Source: Flavobacteriales bacterium (GTDB lineage Bacteria > Bacteroidota > Bacteroidia > Flavobacteriales_D > JABDKJ01). Taken from it: a DNA stretch of 35,091 nt. The notes beneath the pieces were generated by a model. That model did not search any database and had not been told where the DNA came from. It saw nothing but the letters and a program-made list of their open reading frames with translations. This document shows positions 17,689 through 27,600 of the stretch, in pieces. The stretch covers positions 1 to 35,091 of the forward strand of contig JABDLZ010000067.1 in NCBI GenBank assembly GCA_013001705.1, given 5' to 3'. Made by a program: the position numbers and the translations under genes. Positions within the stretch are counted from its first letter, which is position 1. Every line of letters begins with the position of its first letter.

Positions 17689-18360
17689 ATGGATCTAGAA
17701 TATAACACGGCACGGCCGGATCTCGTACTTCCCGAACATGGAAGAAATGTGAAGAAAATGGTCAACTATGCGTTGAGCGTAGAAGACAAAGAAGAAAGAA
17801 ACAAAGTAGTGAACGCCATCATCAAGGTGATGGGTCAGCTCAATCCACAACTCAGGGATGTTGAGGATTACAATCATAAACTCTGGGACCATCTTTTCAT
17901 CCTTTCGGATTTCAAACTCGATGTAGATTCTCCCTATCCCATCCCTACCAAAGAGACATTCGACACCAAGCCTGAAAAGGTGTCGTATCCGAGCGGTAGC
18001 ATTCGTTACGGTCATTACGGGAAGTCTATCCAGGACATGATAGATACCATCCCACAGATCGAGAAAGAAGAAGATCGCAAGAATGCCATCAATACGGTGG
18101 CCAACCTGATGAAGCGATTCTATCTCACCTGGAATAGGGATGCTGTAGAGGATGAAGTGATCATCAAGCAGTTCAATGAATTGGCCAAAGGCACTGTTAC
18201 GATCACAGGAGATGACATCGAGCTACTAGAACACAAAGACGTTCAATTACGCAGCAGTGTGACCCAAAGGAGCAGTAACAGAGGCCGAGGTAAAGGAAAA
18301 GCGTCCAGCAATAGAGGCCGGAAGAACGGAAGCAAATCGCGGAATTACAGAAGACGCTGA
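17689..18360 (+). CDS. DUF4290 domain protein with an Arg/Gly/Lys-rich C-terminal tail
   Basis: 223 aa. YNTARPDLVLPEHGRNVKKMV...HKLWDHLFILSDFKLDVDSPYP...YGHYGKSIQDMI...MKRFYLTWNRDAVEDE matches my recollection of DUF4290. It lies 6 nt upstream of murA, a conserved Bacteroidota pairing. Confidence 0.75.
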   Translation: MDLEYNTARPDLVLPEHGRNVKKMVNYALSVEDKEERNKVVNAIIKVMGQLNPQLRDVEDYNHKLWDHLFILSDFKLDVDSPYPIPTKETFDTKPEKVSYPSGSIRYGHYGKSIQDMIDTIPQIEKEEDRKNAINTVANLMKRFYLTWNRDAVEDEVIIKQFNELAKGTVTITGDDIELLEHKDVQLRSSVTQRSSNRGRGKGKASSNRGRKNGSKSRNYRRR

Positions 18361-18366
18361 TCATCC

Positions 18367-19680
18367 ATGGGTTCATTCAAAGTTGTAGGAGGGCGTCAAT
18401 TGAAAGGGGAGATCACTCCTCAGGGTGCCAAGAATGAAGTCCTACAGATACTATCAGCCGTACTACTCACTCCTGAAGAAGTCACAGTACACAACATTCC
18501 TGACATTGTTGATGTCAACAAACTCATCAGTCTTCTCGATGCATTAGGCGTTGAGGTCACCAAACTCGCTCAGGGAAGCTATCGCTTCAAGGCAGAGGAG
18601 GTCGATATCGATTACCTGCATTCAGAGGAATTCAAGGTCAAAGGAGGAGCCCTGAGAGGGTCCATCATGATCGTAGGACCACTTCTCGCACGTTTCGGAA
18701 AAGGCTACATACCCAAGCCGGGTGGAGATAAGATAGGTCGCAGGAGACTGGATACACACTTCATCGGATTCGAACGATTGGGAGCCACCTTCACCTACGA
18801 TCGTAAAGAGCATTTCTACAAGGCAGAAGCAGAAGGCAAGAAACTGAAAGGGACCTACATGCTCCTGGATGAAGCCTCGGTAACAGGTACGGCCAACATC
18901 ATCATGGCCGCGAGCATGGCCGAAGGGACTACACAGATCTACAATGCAGCCTGTGAACCCTATATCCAGCAATTGTGCAGGATGATCAACTCCATGGGAG
19001 GCAAGATAAGCGGACTGGGATCCAACCTTCTATCTATAGAAGGAGTGGATTATCTGGGAGGATGCGAGCATACCTGTCTACCTGATATGATCGAGATAGG
19101 CTCATTCATTGGAATGGCCGCCATGACCGGTAGTGAGATCACTATCAAGGATGTCAAGTACGATCAACTCGGGCAGATACCCAATGTCTTCAGACGCCTA
19201 GGCATACAGATGGACCTGAAAGGCGATGACCTGTTCATCCCTGCACAGGATCATTATGAGATCGATACCTATATAGACGGCTCCTTGCTTACGGTCGCAG
19301 ATGCACCCTGGCCCGGATTCACTCCAGACCTCTTAAGTATCGTACTGGTCACGGCCGTGCAGGCCAGAGGCTCGGTCTTGATCCATCAGAAGATGTTCGA
19401 GAGCAGATTGTTCTTCGTGGACAAGCTCATAGACATGGGCGCGCGCATCATCCTCTGTGATCCGCATAGAGCGACTGTGATCGGATTGGATAAGCAGAGT
19501 CAACTACGAGGGATCGAGATGACTTCTCCCGATATCAGGGCCGGTGTATCGCTACTCATCGCTGCCTTGTCAGCTCAAGGAGAAAGTACGATCCACAATG
19601 TGAATCAGATCGATAGAGGATATCAGAATATCGATACGCGACTTCAGGCTATCGGAGCCGATATCACAAGAATCGACTGA
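18367..19680 (+). CDS. murA: UDP-N-acetylglucosamine 1-carboxyvinyltransferase
   Basis: 437 aa. GAKNEVLQIL and KPGGDKIGRRRLDTH (active-site loop, with Asp at the position of E. coli Cys115) are present, along with a typical MurA C-terminus (IDRGYQNIDTRLQAIGADI). Confidence 0.93.
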   Translation: MGSFKVVGGRQLKGEITPQGAKNEVLQILSAVLLTPEEVTVHNIPDIVDVNKLISLLDALGVEVTKLAQGSYRFKAEEVDIDYLHSEEFKVKGGALRGSIMIVGPLLARFGKGYIPKPGGDKIGRRRLDTHFIGFERLGATFTYDRKEHFYKAEAEGKKLKGTYMLLDEASVTGTANIIMAASMAEGTTQIYNAACEPYIQQLCRMINSMGGKISGLGSNLLSIEGVDYLGGCEHTCLPDMIEIGSFIGMAAMTGSEITIKDVKYDQLGQIPNVFRRLGIQMDLKGDDLFIPAQDHYEIDTYIDGSLLTVADAPWPGFTPDLLSIVLVTAVQARGSVLIHQKMFESRLFFVDKLIDMGARIILCDPHRATVIGLDKQSQLRGIEMTSPDIRAGVSLLIAALSAQGESTIHNVNQIDRGYQNIDTRLQAIGADITRID

Positions 19681-19692
19681 CCGGAGTGGCCT

Positions 19693-19711
19693 TAGTGTCC
19701 ATTTAACACTA
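19693..19711. promoter_or_regulatory. Perfect palindrome TAGTGT-N7-ACACTA overlapping the promoter of the NrtR-like gene (candidate operator)
   Basis: TAGTGT is at 19693..19698 and ACACTA at 19706..19711. The right arm overlaps the -7 box TATCTTTG (19710..19717). Confidence 0.4.
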
Positions 19712-19717
19712 TCTTTG
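19710..19717 (+). promoter_or_regulatory. -7 promoter box (TATCTTTG) for the NrtR-like gene
   Basis: Exact TAnnTTTG match, 7 nt upstream of ATG 19725. Confidence 0.4.
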
Positions 19718-19724
19718 TAGTGCT

Positions 19725-20429
19725 ATGAATCAAACTGTATCTGAGGATATCGGGCTGTTCTTCAATGCCGCTTTCTCCATCGACTTGGTGCTATTCACCT
19801 ATCACGAAGGCCGTATCAAAGTCCTTTTGCAGAAGAAGGAAGAGTCGGGTGCTTCTCAAGAAATGGCCTTGATCGGTCAACTCATCCAGCCTTCTGAAGA
19901 CACCAAGCAGAGTCTCAATCGACTGGCTGAATCCAGATTGGGTCGTTCCGATTTCTATCGTAAGCAATTGCGAGCTTTCACCGAACTAGGCCGCCATCCG
20001 ATGGGCAGAGTGGTGACAGTAGCCTACTATGGTCTGGTCACCTATGACACCATTGCTACGGATGAGCGATTGGAGTGGCACGATATCTATAAAGCTCCGC
20101 CCCTCTCCTATGACCATGACAAGATCCTGAAGGTAGCGATTCACCGCTTCAAGAAAGGGCTTCTCCGTCACGCGACCGTGTTCGAGATGCTTCCCAAGGA
20201 ATTCATTCTGAAAGAAGTATTGGATATCTATGAAGTGGCATTCCAAGAGAAGCTGGACGCACCCAATTTCAGGAGACAACTGATGACTTCAGGTCTGATC
20301 AAACCTGTGGGCGAACTGCGTGCCATGAAAGGCCAGATGGGTCGCAGACCGCAGGTCTATATCTTCGAAAAGGACAAATACTCTCAGAAAAAGAAGAAGA
20401 TCAACATCGGATTTCATCCGATCGCTTGA
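19725..20429 (+). CDS. NrtR-family (Nudix-related) transcriptional regulator with a degenerate Nudix box
   Basis: 234 aa. The N-terminal region looks Nudix-like (SIDLVLFTYHEGRIKVLLQKK...). In the Nudix-box region GQLIQPSEDTKQSLNRLAESRLG the catalytic REUxEE glutamates are lost. The C-terminal MLPKEFILKEVLDIYEVAFQEKLDAPNFRRQLMTSGLIKPVGE...GRRPQVYIF matches the NrtR winged-helix pattern (FTLxxLQxxYE...NFRRK...GRPxxLY). Confidence 0.65.
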   Translation: MNQTVSEDIGLFFNAAFSIDLVLFTYHEGRIKVLLQKKEESGASQEMALIGQLIQPSEDTKQSLNRLAESRLGRSDFYRKQLRAFTELGRHPMGRVVTVAYYGLVTYDTIATDERLEWHDIYKAPPLSYDHDKILKVAIHRFKKGLLRHATVFEMLPKEFILKEVLDIYEVAFQEKLDAPNFRRQLMTSGLIKPVGELRAMKGQMGRRPQVYIFEKDKYSQKKKKINIGFHPIA

Positions 20430-20432
20430 ACC

Positions 20433-22862
20433 TTAGTTCTTGATAAAAGAGGTATTCTCTACCAAGCGTCCATTGCCGCTGCGGAATTCCAGGCTGTAGG
20501 CTCCTGCTGAAAGACCTGAAACATCGAGAATCGATTCTTGCCCTCTATCGATCATCCGTTTCTCGCGGAAATGCACCTTTCCACTCATGTCGATGATGCT
20601 CAGATCGAATTGACCGGTCAATTCGGTACGCAGGTGCAATCGATCAGTGGCCGGGTTGGGAAAGATTTCGAAGAGCGTCTCGTCTTCCCATTCGCTCAGT
20701 CCCACATTCAATTCGATATTGGCGAATGCATATTCACCCGCGATCAATGAATCCACCTTGATCTGTCCGTTGCCATTGTCACTTCCCGCTTGTAGGGTAT
20801 ACCAAGTATAGATGGACCAGGGGTCACTGCTGTCTTCCCGATAGGCCAGTCCTATGGCCGCCTCGGTATCTCCAACCAGATCATAGTCCAAATGGTAGTC
20901 TTCTATACCAGTATAGAAGAATCTGCCTTGCAGACTCAAGCCTTCGCTCCATAATCCTCCTACGGTCCAGTAGTGGGTGTTCGAAAGGTCCAATACATCC
21001 TCATCCATCAGATGATCATCCGGACCTACCCAGTGATGCTCAGCTCGGTAGAATGCGGAATCTCCAATGTCCAATACCTTGAGTTTCATATCCACCCAAG
21101 GCAGGGTCACGGTCAGGGTGGTCTCTGTCAAGACCTCCTCATAGTCCATGCGGGCTTGATTGATACGATTCTCGCCATTGAGCATCCAGTGCAGTGGTTC
21201 AAAAGGGGTGACTACGGTGACCTGGTCGAATTCCCCGCTCACAGTGACCGTATAGGAATGCTTCTGCCAATCCGCATCCAAGAAGGTGAAATCCAGAGGA
21301 ACATTATCATGGAATTGCGGAGCCTCTCTCAGTTTCTGTTGGACGTAGAATGTAGTGACCCACTCATTCCCTACCGGACCGCTGAAGGCAGAATCGATTA
21401 CAAAGGTGCTGAAGCCAGGTGCGTAAATGTGGTCTTCAAAGAAATCGGTCATATCCACCCCCGTAGAATTGCTCAAAGCAGAACGGTATTGCTCAGGACT
21501 GAAATGACCCAGGTAGAATGAATCCAACACGGCTTGTGTACCTGCTCTGAACAGACTATCCCCCAGATATCCCCTCAAGGTATGCACCTGTGCCGCTCCT
21601 TTGTAATAGGTGTGTCGTCCATAGATCACCTCATCCGGAATGGGGGAAAGGGGAAAGAACCCTCCATCATCCACATGAGCGCTTTCCAGCACGAAATGCT
21701 GGTTGTCCTTGACTTCAGCAACGAAGGCTTCTGTGCCTGAGTGCCATTCCCGCATGAGATGTTGGCTATATTCTGCATGCCCTTCTTTGAGCCACATATT
21801 ATTATGGATATCAGGTGACGTCATATCCCCCCACCAGAGATGACCGAGCTCGTGGGAGAGCAGACCATCATTGGCTACGGTGTTCTGGCTCATCATGGTC
21901 TGTGGATAGGCGATATTGGTCGCATGTTCCATTGCTCCTACAGTGGTCATGACATAGCCCACTTTGTTCCAGATATACGGTCCAAACCAGTATTCCAATG
22001 CATCGATGGCGCTGGGAAGATTCTGAAAACGGGTCTCCATGGACTCCTCTTGGGCTGCTTTGCATTTGAGCTCCACAGGGATGGTTCCATAGGCACCCTC
22101 ATGATCATAGGCTATGGTCACATAGTCTGATGCAGCAATCGCACTCAGATAGGTAGGAATGGGAATGGAAAGGTGGTAATGACTGAGTATGCTATCTCCT
22201 TCCAAAGTGGTCTCACTCATCAGTTCTCCCTGACATCGAGGTATGAAGCCGTCATCGGATAGTACATAGAAATCATAGGTCGCCCGCTCTACGAAGGTGT
22301 CGAAGCACGGATACCAGACCTTCCCGAAATTCGGTGGGATGGTGCTCAGGCCTATTCCCAGATTGTAGATGTAGTTGTTCTCGAAGTAGAAACCTCCCCA
22401 CTGAGGATCCTGATGAGGCTGTCCCTGATACCAGATATTCAACTCGAAGTCCTGATCGATGATGGTAGTCTCAGGAAGTTGTATGCTCAGATTCTGTCCT
22501 TCGATGACATTGGGTACGTGATCGAAATCGATTAGCTCCCCATTGTAGGTCACGCTATCCACGGTCAAGGCATAGAGATCCAGGTTGATCACATTCACCC
22601 CATCCATACGCGGACGTACATCGATCACCGTATTGGCCTTGATGTATTCTCCATCATAATCCGTGATATCGATATGTATCTCATAGTGTAGCAGATTGAA
22701 GGTGTCGCTCCGCTGATTGCTCTCGTTCAGCAGGTTCTTCTGCGCATCGGTCAAGACCTTGGGGCGAATGTGCTTGTGGGTCTGATGGCACCCCCAGCGT
22801 TCAGGCTGCGCATATGACATGGTGACACATAGGAAGGACAGAAGAAGCAAGAGCAGACGCAT
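20433..22862 (-). CDS. Secreted M1-family zinc aminopeptidase with T9SS type-A C-terminal sorting domain
   Basis: GAMEH is a GxMEN variant, and HELGHLWWGD-X13-E (HExxH-X18-E) is the gluzincin site. The C-terminal FEIFPNPATDRLHLRT...LSAGAYSLEF...FIKN is a Por/T9SS type-A CTD. ATG 22862 gives the signal peptide MRLLLLLLSFLCVTMSYAQ. The longer ORF start at 22928 would read through the pruA terminator hairpin. Confidence 0.88.
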   Translation of the reverse strand: MRLLLLLLSFLCVTMSYAQPERWGCHQTHKHIRPKVLTDAQKNLLNESNQRSDTFNLLHYEIHIDITDYDGEYIKANTVIDVRPRMDGVNVINLDLYALTVDSVTYNGELIDFDHVPNVIEGQNLSIQLPETTIIDQDFELNIWYQGQPHQDPQWGGFYFENNYIYNLGIGLSTIPPNFGKVWYPCFDTFVERATYDFYVLSDDGFIPRCQGELMSETTLEGDSILSHYHLSIPIPTYLSAIAASDYVTIAYDHEGAYGTIPVELKCKAAQEESMETRFQNLPSAIDALEYWFGPYIWNKVGYVMTTVGAMEHATNIAYPQTMMSQNTVANDGLLSHELGHLWWGDMTSPDIHNNMWLKEGHAEYSQHLMREWHSGTEAFVAEVKDNQHFVLESAHVDDGGFFPLSPIPDEVIYGRHTYYKGAAQVHTLRGYLGDSLFRAGTQAVLDSFYLGHFSPEQYRSALSNSTGVDMTDFFEDHIYAPGFSTFVIDSAFSGPVGNEWVTTFYVQQKLREAPQFHDNVPLDFTFLDADWQKHSYTVTVSGEFDQVTVVTPFEPLHWMLNGENRINQARMDYEEVLTETTLTVTLPWVDMKLKVLDIGDSAFYRAEHHWVGPDDHLMDEDVLDLSNTHYWTVGGLWSEGLSLQGRFFYTGIEDYHLDYDLVGDTEAAIGLAYREDSSDPWSIYTWYTLQAGSDNGNGQIKVDSLIAGEYAFANIELNVGLSEWEDETLFEIFPNPATDRLHLRTELTGQFDLSIIDMSGKVHFREKRMIDRGQESILDVSGLSAGAYSLEFRSGNGRLVENTSFIKN

Positions 22863-22882
22863 GGATGCTAGGATTGATATAG

Positions 22883-22925
22883 GACGAAAATAAGAATAGG
22901 GCCACCCAAAGGCGACCCTATTCTT
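22883..22925 (-). terminator. Rho-independent terminator downstream of pruA
   Basis: 10-bp stem AAGAATAGGG (22892..22901) / CCCTATTCTT (22916..22925). On the minus-strand transcript it is followed by ATTTTCG, a weak T-tract. Confidence 0.55.
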
Positions 22926-22948
22926 CAATCACTTCTTGTGAGCCTAGC

Positions 22949-24577
22949 TCACTTCTCCAAGAACGGATAGCGATAATCCGTAGAAGGGACAAAGGTCTCC
23001 TTGATGGTCCGGGCATTGACCCATCGGAGTAGATTCAGATACGAACCGGCCTTATCATTGGTACCCGATCCTCTAGCTCCTCCAAAGGGTTGTTGACCGA
23101 CTACCGCTCCGGTAGGCTTGTCATTGATATAGAAATTACCTGCCGCATTCTCCAATATACTGGTCGCCTCAGCGATGGCATAGCGGTCATTGGAGAAGAT
23201 AGCACCGGTCAGTGCATACTCGCCTGTCTTGTCTACCAGATCTAGGGTCTTCTTCCAGTCTTTCTCATCATAGACATAGACCGTCACTACCGGTCCGAAT
23301 ATCTCTTCGCACATGGTCTTGAATCGAGGATCCTCGGTACGGATGACAGTAGGTTTGATAAAGTAGCCTTTGGAGTCATCATAGGTCCCCCCTACAAGTA
23401 TCTCTGCCTTTTTGGATTTCTTGGCATAGTCGATAAAGGAGCTGATCTTTTTGAAGGCCTTCTTATCGATGACGGCATTGATGAAATTGCCGAAATCCTC
23501 AGGTGAACCCATCTTGAAGGACTTCACATCCTTGACCACCCGTTTGAGGATCGCATCGGCTGTGTTGGAAGGCAGATACACCCTTGAGGCCGCACTGCAC
23601 TTCTGCCCTTGGAATTCGAAGGCGCCTCTGGAGATGGCTGTGGCCACTTCGTCCACATCAGCACTCGGATGCGCTACGATGAAGTCCTTCCCTCCGGTCT
23701 CACCTACGATACGAGGATATGAGCGATAGGTAGCGATATTATCCCCAATGGTCTTCCAAAGGTGTCTGAACACTCCAGTAGAACCTGTGAAATGGAGTCC
23801 CGCAAAATCGGCATGAGAGAAGACCACATCACCGATCATAGGCCCATCTCCATAGATCAGATTGACCACTCCATCCGGAAGACCAGCTGCTTGGAAGAGC
23901 TCCATGATCACCTGTGCCGAATAGATCTGAGAGTCGGCCGGTTTCCAGACCACCACATTGCCCATCATGGCCGGAGCTGCACTCAGATTGGCTGCGATAG
24001 AAGTGAAATTGAATGGTGAAAGCGCAAAGACAAATCCTTCCAAGGGTCGGTAATCCATGCGATTCCAAACTCCGGGTGCTGACTCAGGCTGTTCGGAATA
24101 TATATCCGTCATGTACTGCACATTAAATCGGAAGAAATCGGCCATTTCACAAGCCGCATCTATCTCTGCCTGATAGGCATTCTTGCTTTGAGCTAGCATG
24201 CTGGCGGCATTCATTCTCGCTCTGAACGGACCCGCCAGTAGATCTGCGGCTTTCAGGAATATCGCTGCCCGTTCTTGCCAAGGCATATTTGCCCAGGCCG
24301 AGCGTGCTTTCAGTGCAGCGCGAATTGCTGCAGTGACGTGCTTCTTTTCCGCTTTGTGATACTTTCCTAGAACCAATTTGTGATCATGGGGCGCAGTCAT
24401 CTTGGCGGTCTTACCGGTCTTCACCTCTTCAGCACCGATGTATAAAGGTGCCTCGATAGGCTTCTTCTTCATGGCCCGGTAGGTCTTCAATAATTCTTTG
24501 CGCTCTGGACTTCCAGGGGCGTATGAGAGTACGGGCTCATTGACTGCTACGGGAGGAGTGAAATATTCGTTGGACAT
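22949..24577 (-). CDS. pruA: L-glutamate gamma-semialdehyde (1-pyrroline-5-carboxylate) dehydrogenase
   Basis: 542 aa. This is an aldehyde dehydrogenase fold (FTGSTGVFRHL, ETGGKDF, GQKCSAASR) with the PruA-type N-terminus PPVAVNEPVLSYAPGSPER. Confidence 0.88.
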   Translation of the reverse strand: MSNEYFTPPVAVNEPVLSYAPGSPERKELLKTYRAMKKKPIEAPLYIGAEEVKTGKTAKMTAPHDHKLVLGKYHKAEKKHVTAAIRAALKARSAWANMPWQERAAIFLKAADLLAGPFRARMNAASMLAQSKNAYQAEIDAACEMADFFRFNVQYMTDIYSEQPESAPGVWNRMDYRPLEGFVFALSPFNFTSIAANLSAAPAMMGNVVVWKPADSQIYSAQVIMELFQAAGLPDGVVNLIYGDGPMIGDVVFSHADFAGLHFTGSTGVFRHLWKTIGDNIATYRSYPRIVGETGGKDFIVAHPSADVDEVATAISRGAFEFQGQKCSAASRVYLPSNTADAILKRVVKDVKSFKMGSPEDFGNFINAVIDKKAFKKISSFIDYAKKSKKAEILVGGTYDDSKGYFIKPTVIRTEDPRFKTMCEEIFGPVVTVYVYDEKDWKKTLDLVDKTGEYALTGAIFSNDRYAIAEATSILENAAGNFYINDKPTGAVVGQQPFGGARGSGTNDKAGSYLNLLRWVNARTIKETFVPSTDYRYPFLEK

Positions 24578-24609
24578 GATACGATCTATCAGTTTTTTAT
24601 TTGGGAGTC

Positions 24610-24617
24610 CAAAGGTA
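24610..24617 (-). promoter_or_regulatory. -7 promoter box (TACCTTTG) for pruA
   Basis: The minus strand reads TACCTTTG, 32 nt upstream of ATG 24577. Confidence 0.4.
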
Positions 24618-24693
24618 GGATTATGGCTATCATCAGTACGTAACTCTGAGATGTGATCGCTTACTTATCTATATTCACCCGAGCTTGACCGAT

Positions 24694-27600
24694 ATGCGTG
24701 TTCTTCGATTGAAATCCTTTGTCATTTTCCTATCCGTACTCTGGGTGTCGGTATGCTCAGAGTATCACGCACAAGGACTGGAGATCCAGTTCGATCACCT
24801 GGGTGTGCGGGATGGGCTTTCTCAAGCCACAGCGTATTGCATCTATGAAGACCGTCTAGGCTTCATCTGGGTCGGAACAGATGATGGACTGAATCGCTAC
24901 GATGGATATGAATGCATCATCTTCAGAGAAGATCCACTCGATGAACGCAGCTTGAGCAACAACTCGGTCAATGCGATCCAAGAAGACTCGAATGGGAATC
25001 TATGGGTAGGGACCGATCAGGGGCTCAATCTGCTCTTTGCCGAGCGTATGGATTTCAAGACCCACAAATTCGACTTCCATGACCCAGGTAGCCTGAGCTC
25101 AAATACAGTCTGGTGTATGACCCTGGATGCCGATGATAGGCTCTGGATCGGTACAGCCAATGGACTCAATCGTTACAGCACCGCGGATAGTTCTTTCACC
25201 AAGTACAAATCAGAGGTGGATGACCCTTTCTCTCTTTCCAATAATTCTGTCAATGCACTCTATACCGATAGCTCAGGTACGCTATGGATCGGGACCAATC
25301 AAGGGCTCAACCGATGGAATGTTTCTGATGAAAGCTTCGACCACTTCGATGTACCAGGTGATCTGAGTCGATATGGACAGGTGATCCAATGCATAGGCAG
25401 TGGTCCACAAGGGGAACTACTGGTAGGCACAAATCAAGGTGTTTTCGTTCTTCAGGACAGTCTGCTCACTCCGTCTGTCTACACCCAAGTGGCCGATATG
25501 AAGATCACCGCCTGCCGGACCGACAAGCAAGGCGACCTCTGGATAGGGACCAATTCTGGACTGTATCATTATCTCAAAGGAAGAAGTGAGCCCATCCTAC
25601 ACATCCATGATGAGCAGAACAATACGAGTATCTCCGATGATAATATCAACTATATCCATGAGGACAGCACGGACATCCTTTGGATAGGGACCTATAGCGG
25701 AGGTGTGAATCTCTACTATAGGGAGCAACAGCAGATCTTCCATTACGATAATGAGAATCTCGGGAGAACGGTCTTCCCTTCGGACATCGTTAATTGTATC
25801 GAGCAGGTATCATTGGGAGAATTCTGGTTAGGGACCGAAGCCGGTATCGGTATACTGCGTGACGCGACCACTATTTCAGGTATACGCACAGCTATTCCTG
25901 AAGAACTGAATGGTAAGAGTGTCAAGTGCATTCTCTCCCGTGACGAACTCTTGGCGGTGGGCACAGATCGGGATGGAGTAGTGCTGATAGACCGTACGAA
26001 CGGAGAGGTGACCACCTTGAGAAGACGAGCAGACGGTACGGGCTTGATCGATGACCGCATCGCATCTTTGGAGTGGTGTGGCGATGATTTGTGGATAGGC
26101 ACCCAGGGAAGCGGTATCAACATATATTCTACCGTGACCGACAGTCTTACGCGCATCCAATATGCTCCAGCCAGCAAAGGTGGTCTGGCAGATAATCGCA
26201 TAGTCGACCTTCAGAAACAGGGCACAGAGGCCATGTGGATAGGAACCGCCTCAGAGGGTGTCCAGCGCTACAGTATCGAAGACGGGACATTCACCGATTA
26301 CGCAGTGCGGCAGGACTCTAGTCGCATGCTCAGCAGTGACAAGGTCCTCTGTATCTATTTCGATTCGGCTGTTCTGTGGGTCGGGACCAAAGGCGGAGGT
26401 GTGAATAAGATCGACCTGCTGACCGACCAAGTGCAATTCTACACCACCGAGAATGGACTGGCCAATAATGTGGTCTATGATATACGCTCAGACCATCAAG
26501 GCAGACTGTGGATGACCACTAACAACGGAATCTCCGTATTGGACATCGAGAACGAGAACTTCATCAACTACAACGAGATCGATGGACTTGGCAATCAGAC
26601 TTTCCTTCCCTCTTCCGGTCTCAGTTCAAGGCGAGGTGAGATATTCTTTGGTGGACGCCAAGGTCTGGACATCATTCGCTATCAGGATATCGAGACCAAC
26701 AGTGTTCTGCCTAAGGTATATTTCACACAGATGCAGGTCTTCGATTCCAAGCAGAACCAGTATGACCCGGATCTGAGTCGCAATCTGGTGCATGAGATCG
26801 AGACCATCGAACTTCGACCTGAGATGTCTCTTATTACGCTGGGATTCAGCGGGCTGAACTATAGGAGACCTGAGAAGAATACGTATGCCTATCGCTTGGC
26901 GGGTCTTACTGATGAGTGGACCTTTATCGGAGACCGTAGATATGTCACCTTCTCAGAATTGCCCCCTGGGGATTATCAGCTACAGGTCAAAGCGGCTAAT
27001 AATGACGGAAGATGGTCTGAAGAACCCTCTCAGATCTATCTTTCTATCATTCCCGCCTTCTATCAGACCAATTGGTTCAAAGCCCTCTTGGTCATCTTCT
27101 TTGCACTGATGGTCTTCCTTTTCAATCAATATAGATTGCGAAGGGTGCGTTCCGTCAACAGGAAACTGGAGAAGCGGGTCAAACTACGTACGGCACAGAT
27201 TGCCAAAGAGAGAGATGAGAAGGCCATCCTGCTCCAAGAGATCCATCACAGGGTCAAGAACAATCTACAGATCGTCAACTCGCTGCTCCGGCTCCAATCC
27301 CATTATGTGAAAGATGAAGAGGCCTTATGGGCACTGGATGAATCTCAGAATCGGGTGATGTCGATGGCTATGATACATGAGCGCATGTACAAGACCGAGA
27401 ATCTGGCCAACATCAATATCCCGGATTATATCCGCGATCTGTGTACAGATATCATCAATACCTATGATCTGAGCAACAATGTGACCTTAGACTTGGATAT
27501 ACAGGTGGAGAAATTGAACCTGGATACGCTCACCCCGCTGGGATTGATCATCAATGAGATCAGCTCCAATGCCATGAAATACGCCTTCCCTGATGGGAGA

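Noticed and set aside
20973-21521. 182-aa plus-strand ORF inside the aminopeptidase gene
   Set aside because: It is antisense to a gene with HExxH-X18-E, GAMEH and a T9SS CTD, and it has no recognisable features of its own. Similar shadow ORFs at 11231-11665, 17053-17615, 25743-26201, 28758-29195 and 33725-34141 are rejected for the same reason.
22863-22928. Longer N-terminal extension of the aminopeptidase ORF (start at 22928)
   Set aside because: The extension would be translated through the pruA terminator hairpin (22892-22925). It precedes a perfect signal peptide that begins at ATG 22862.
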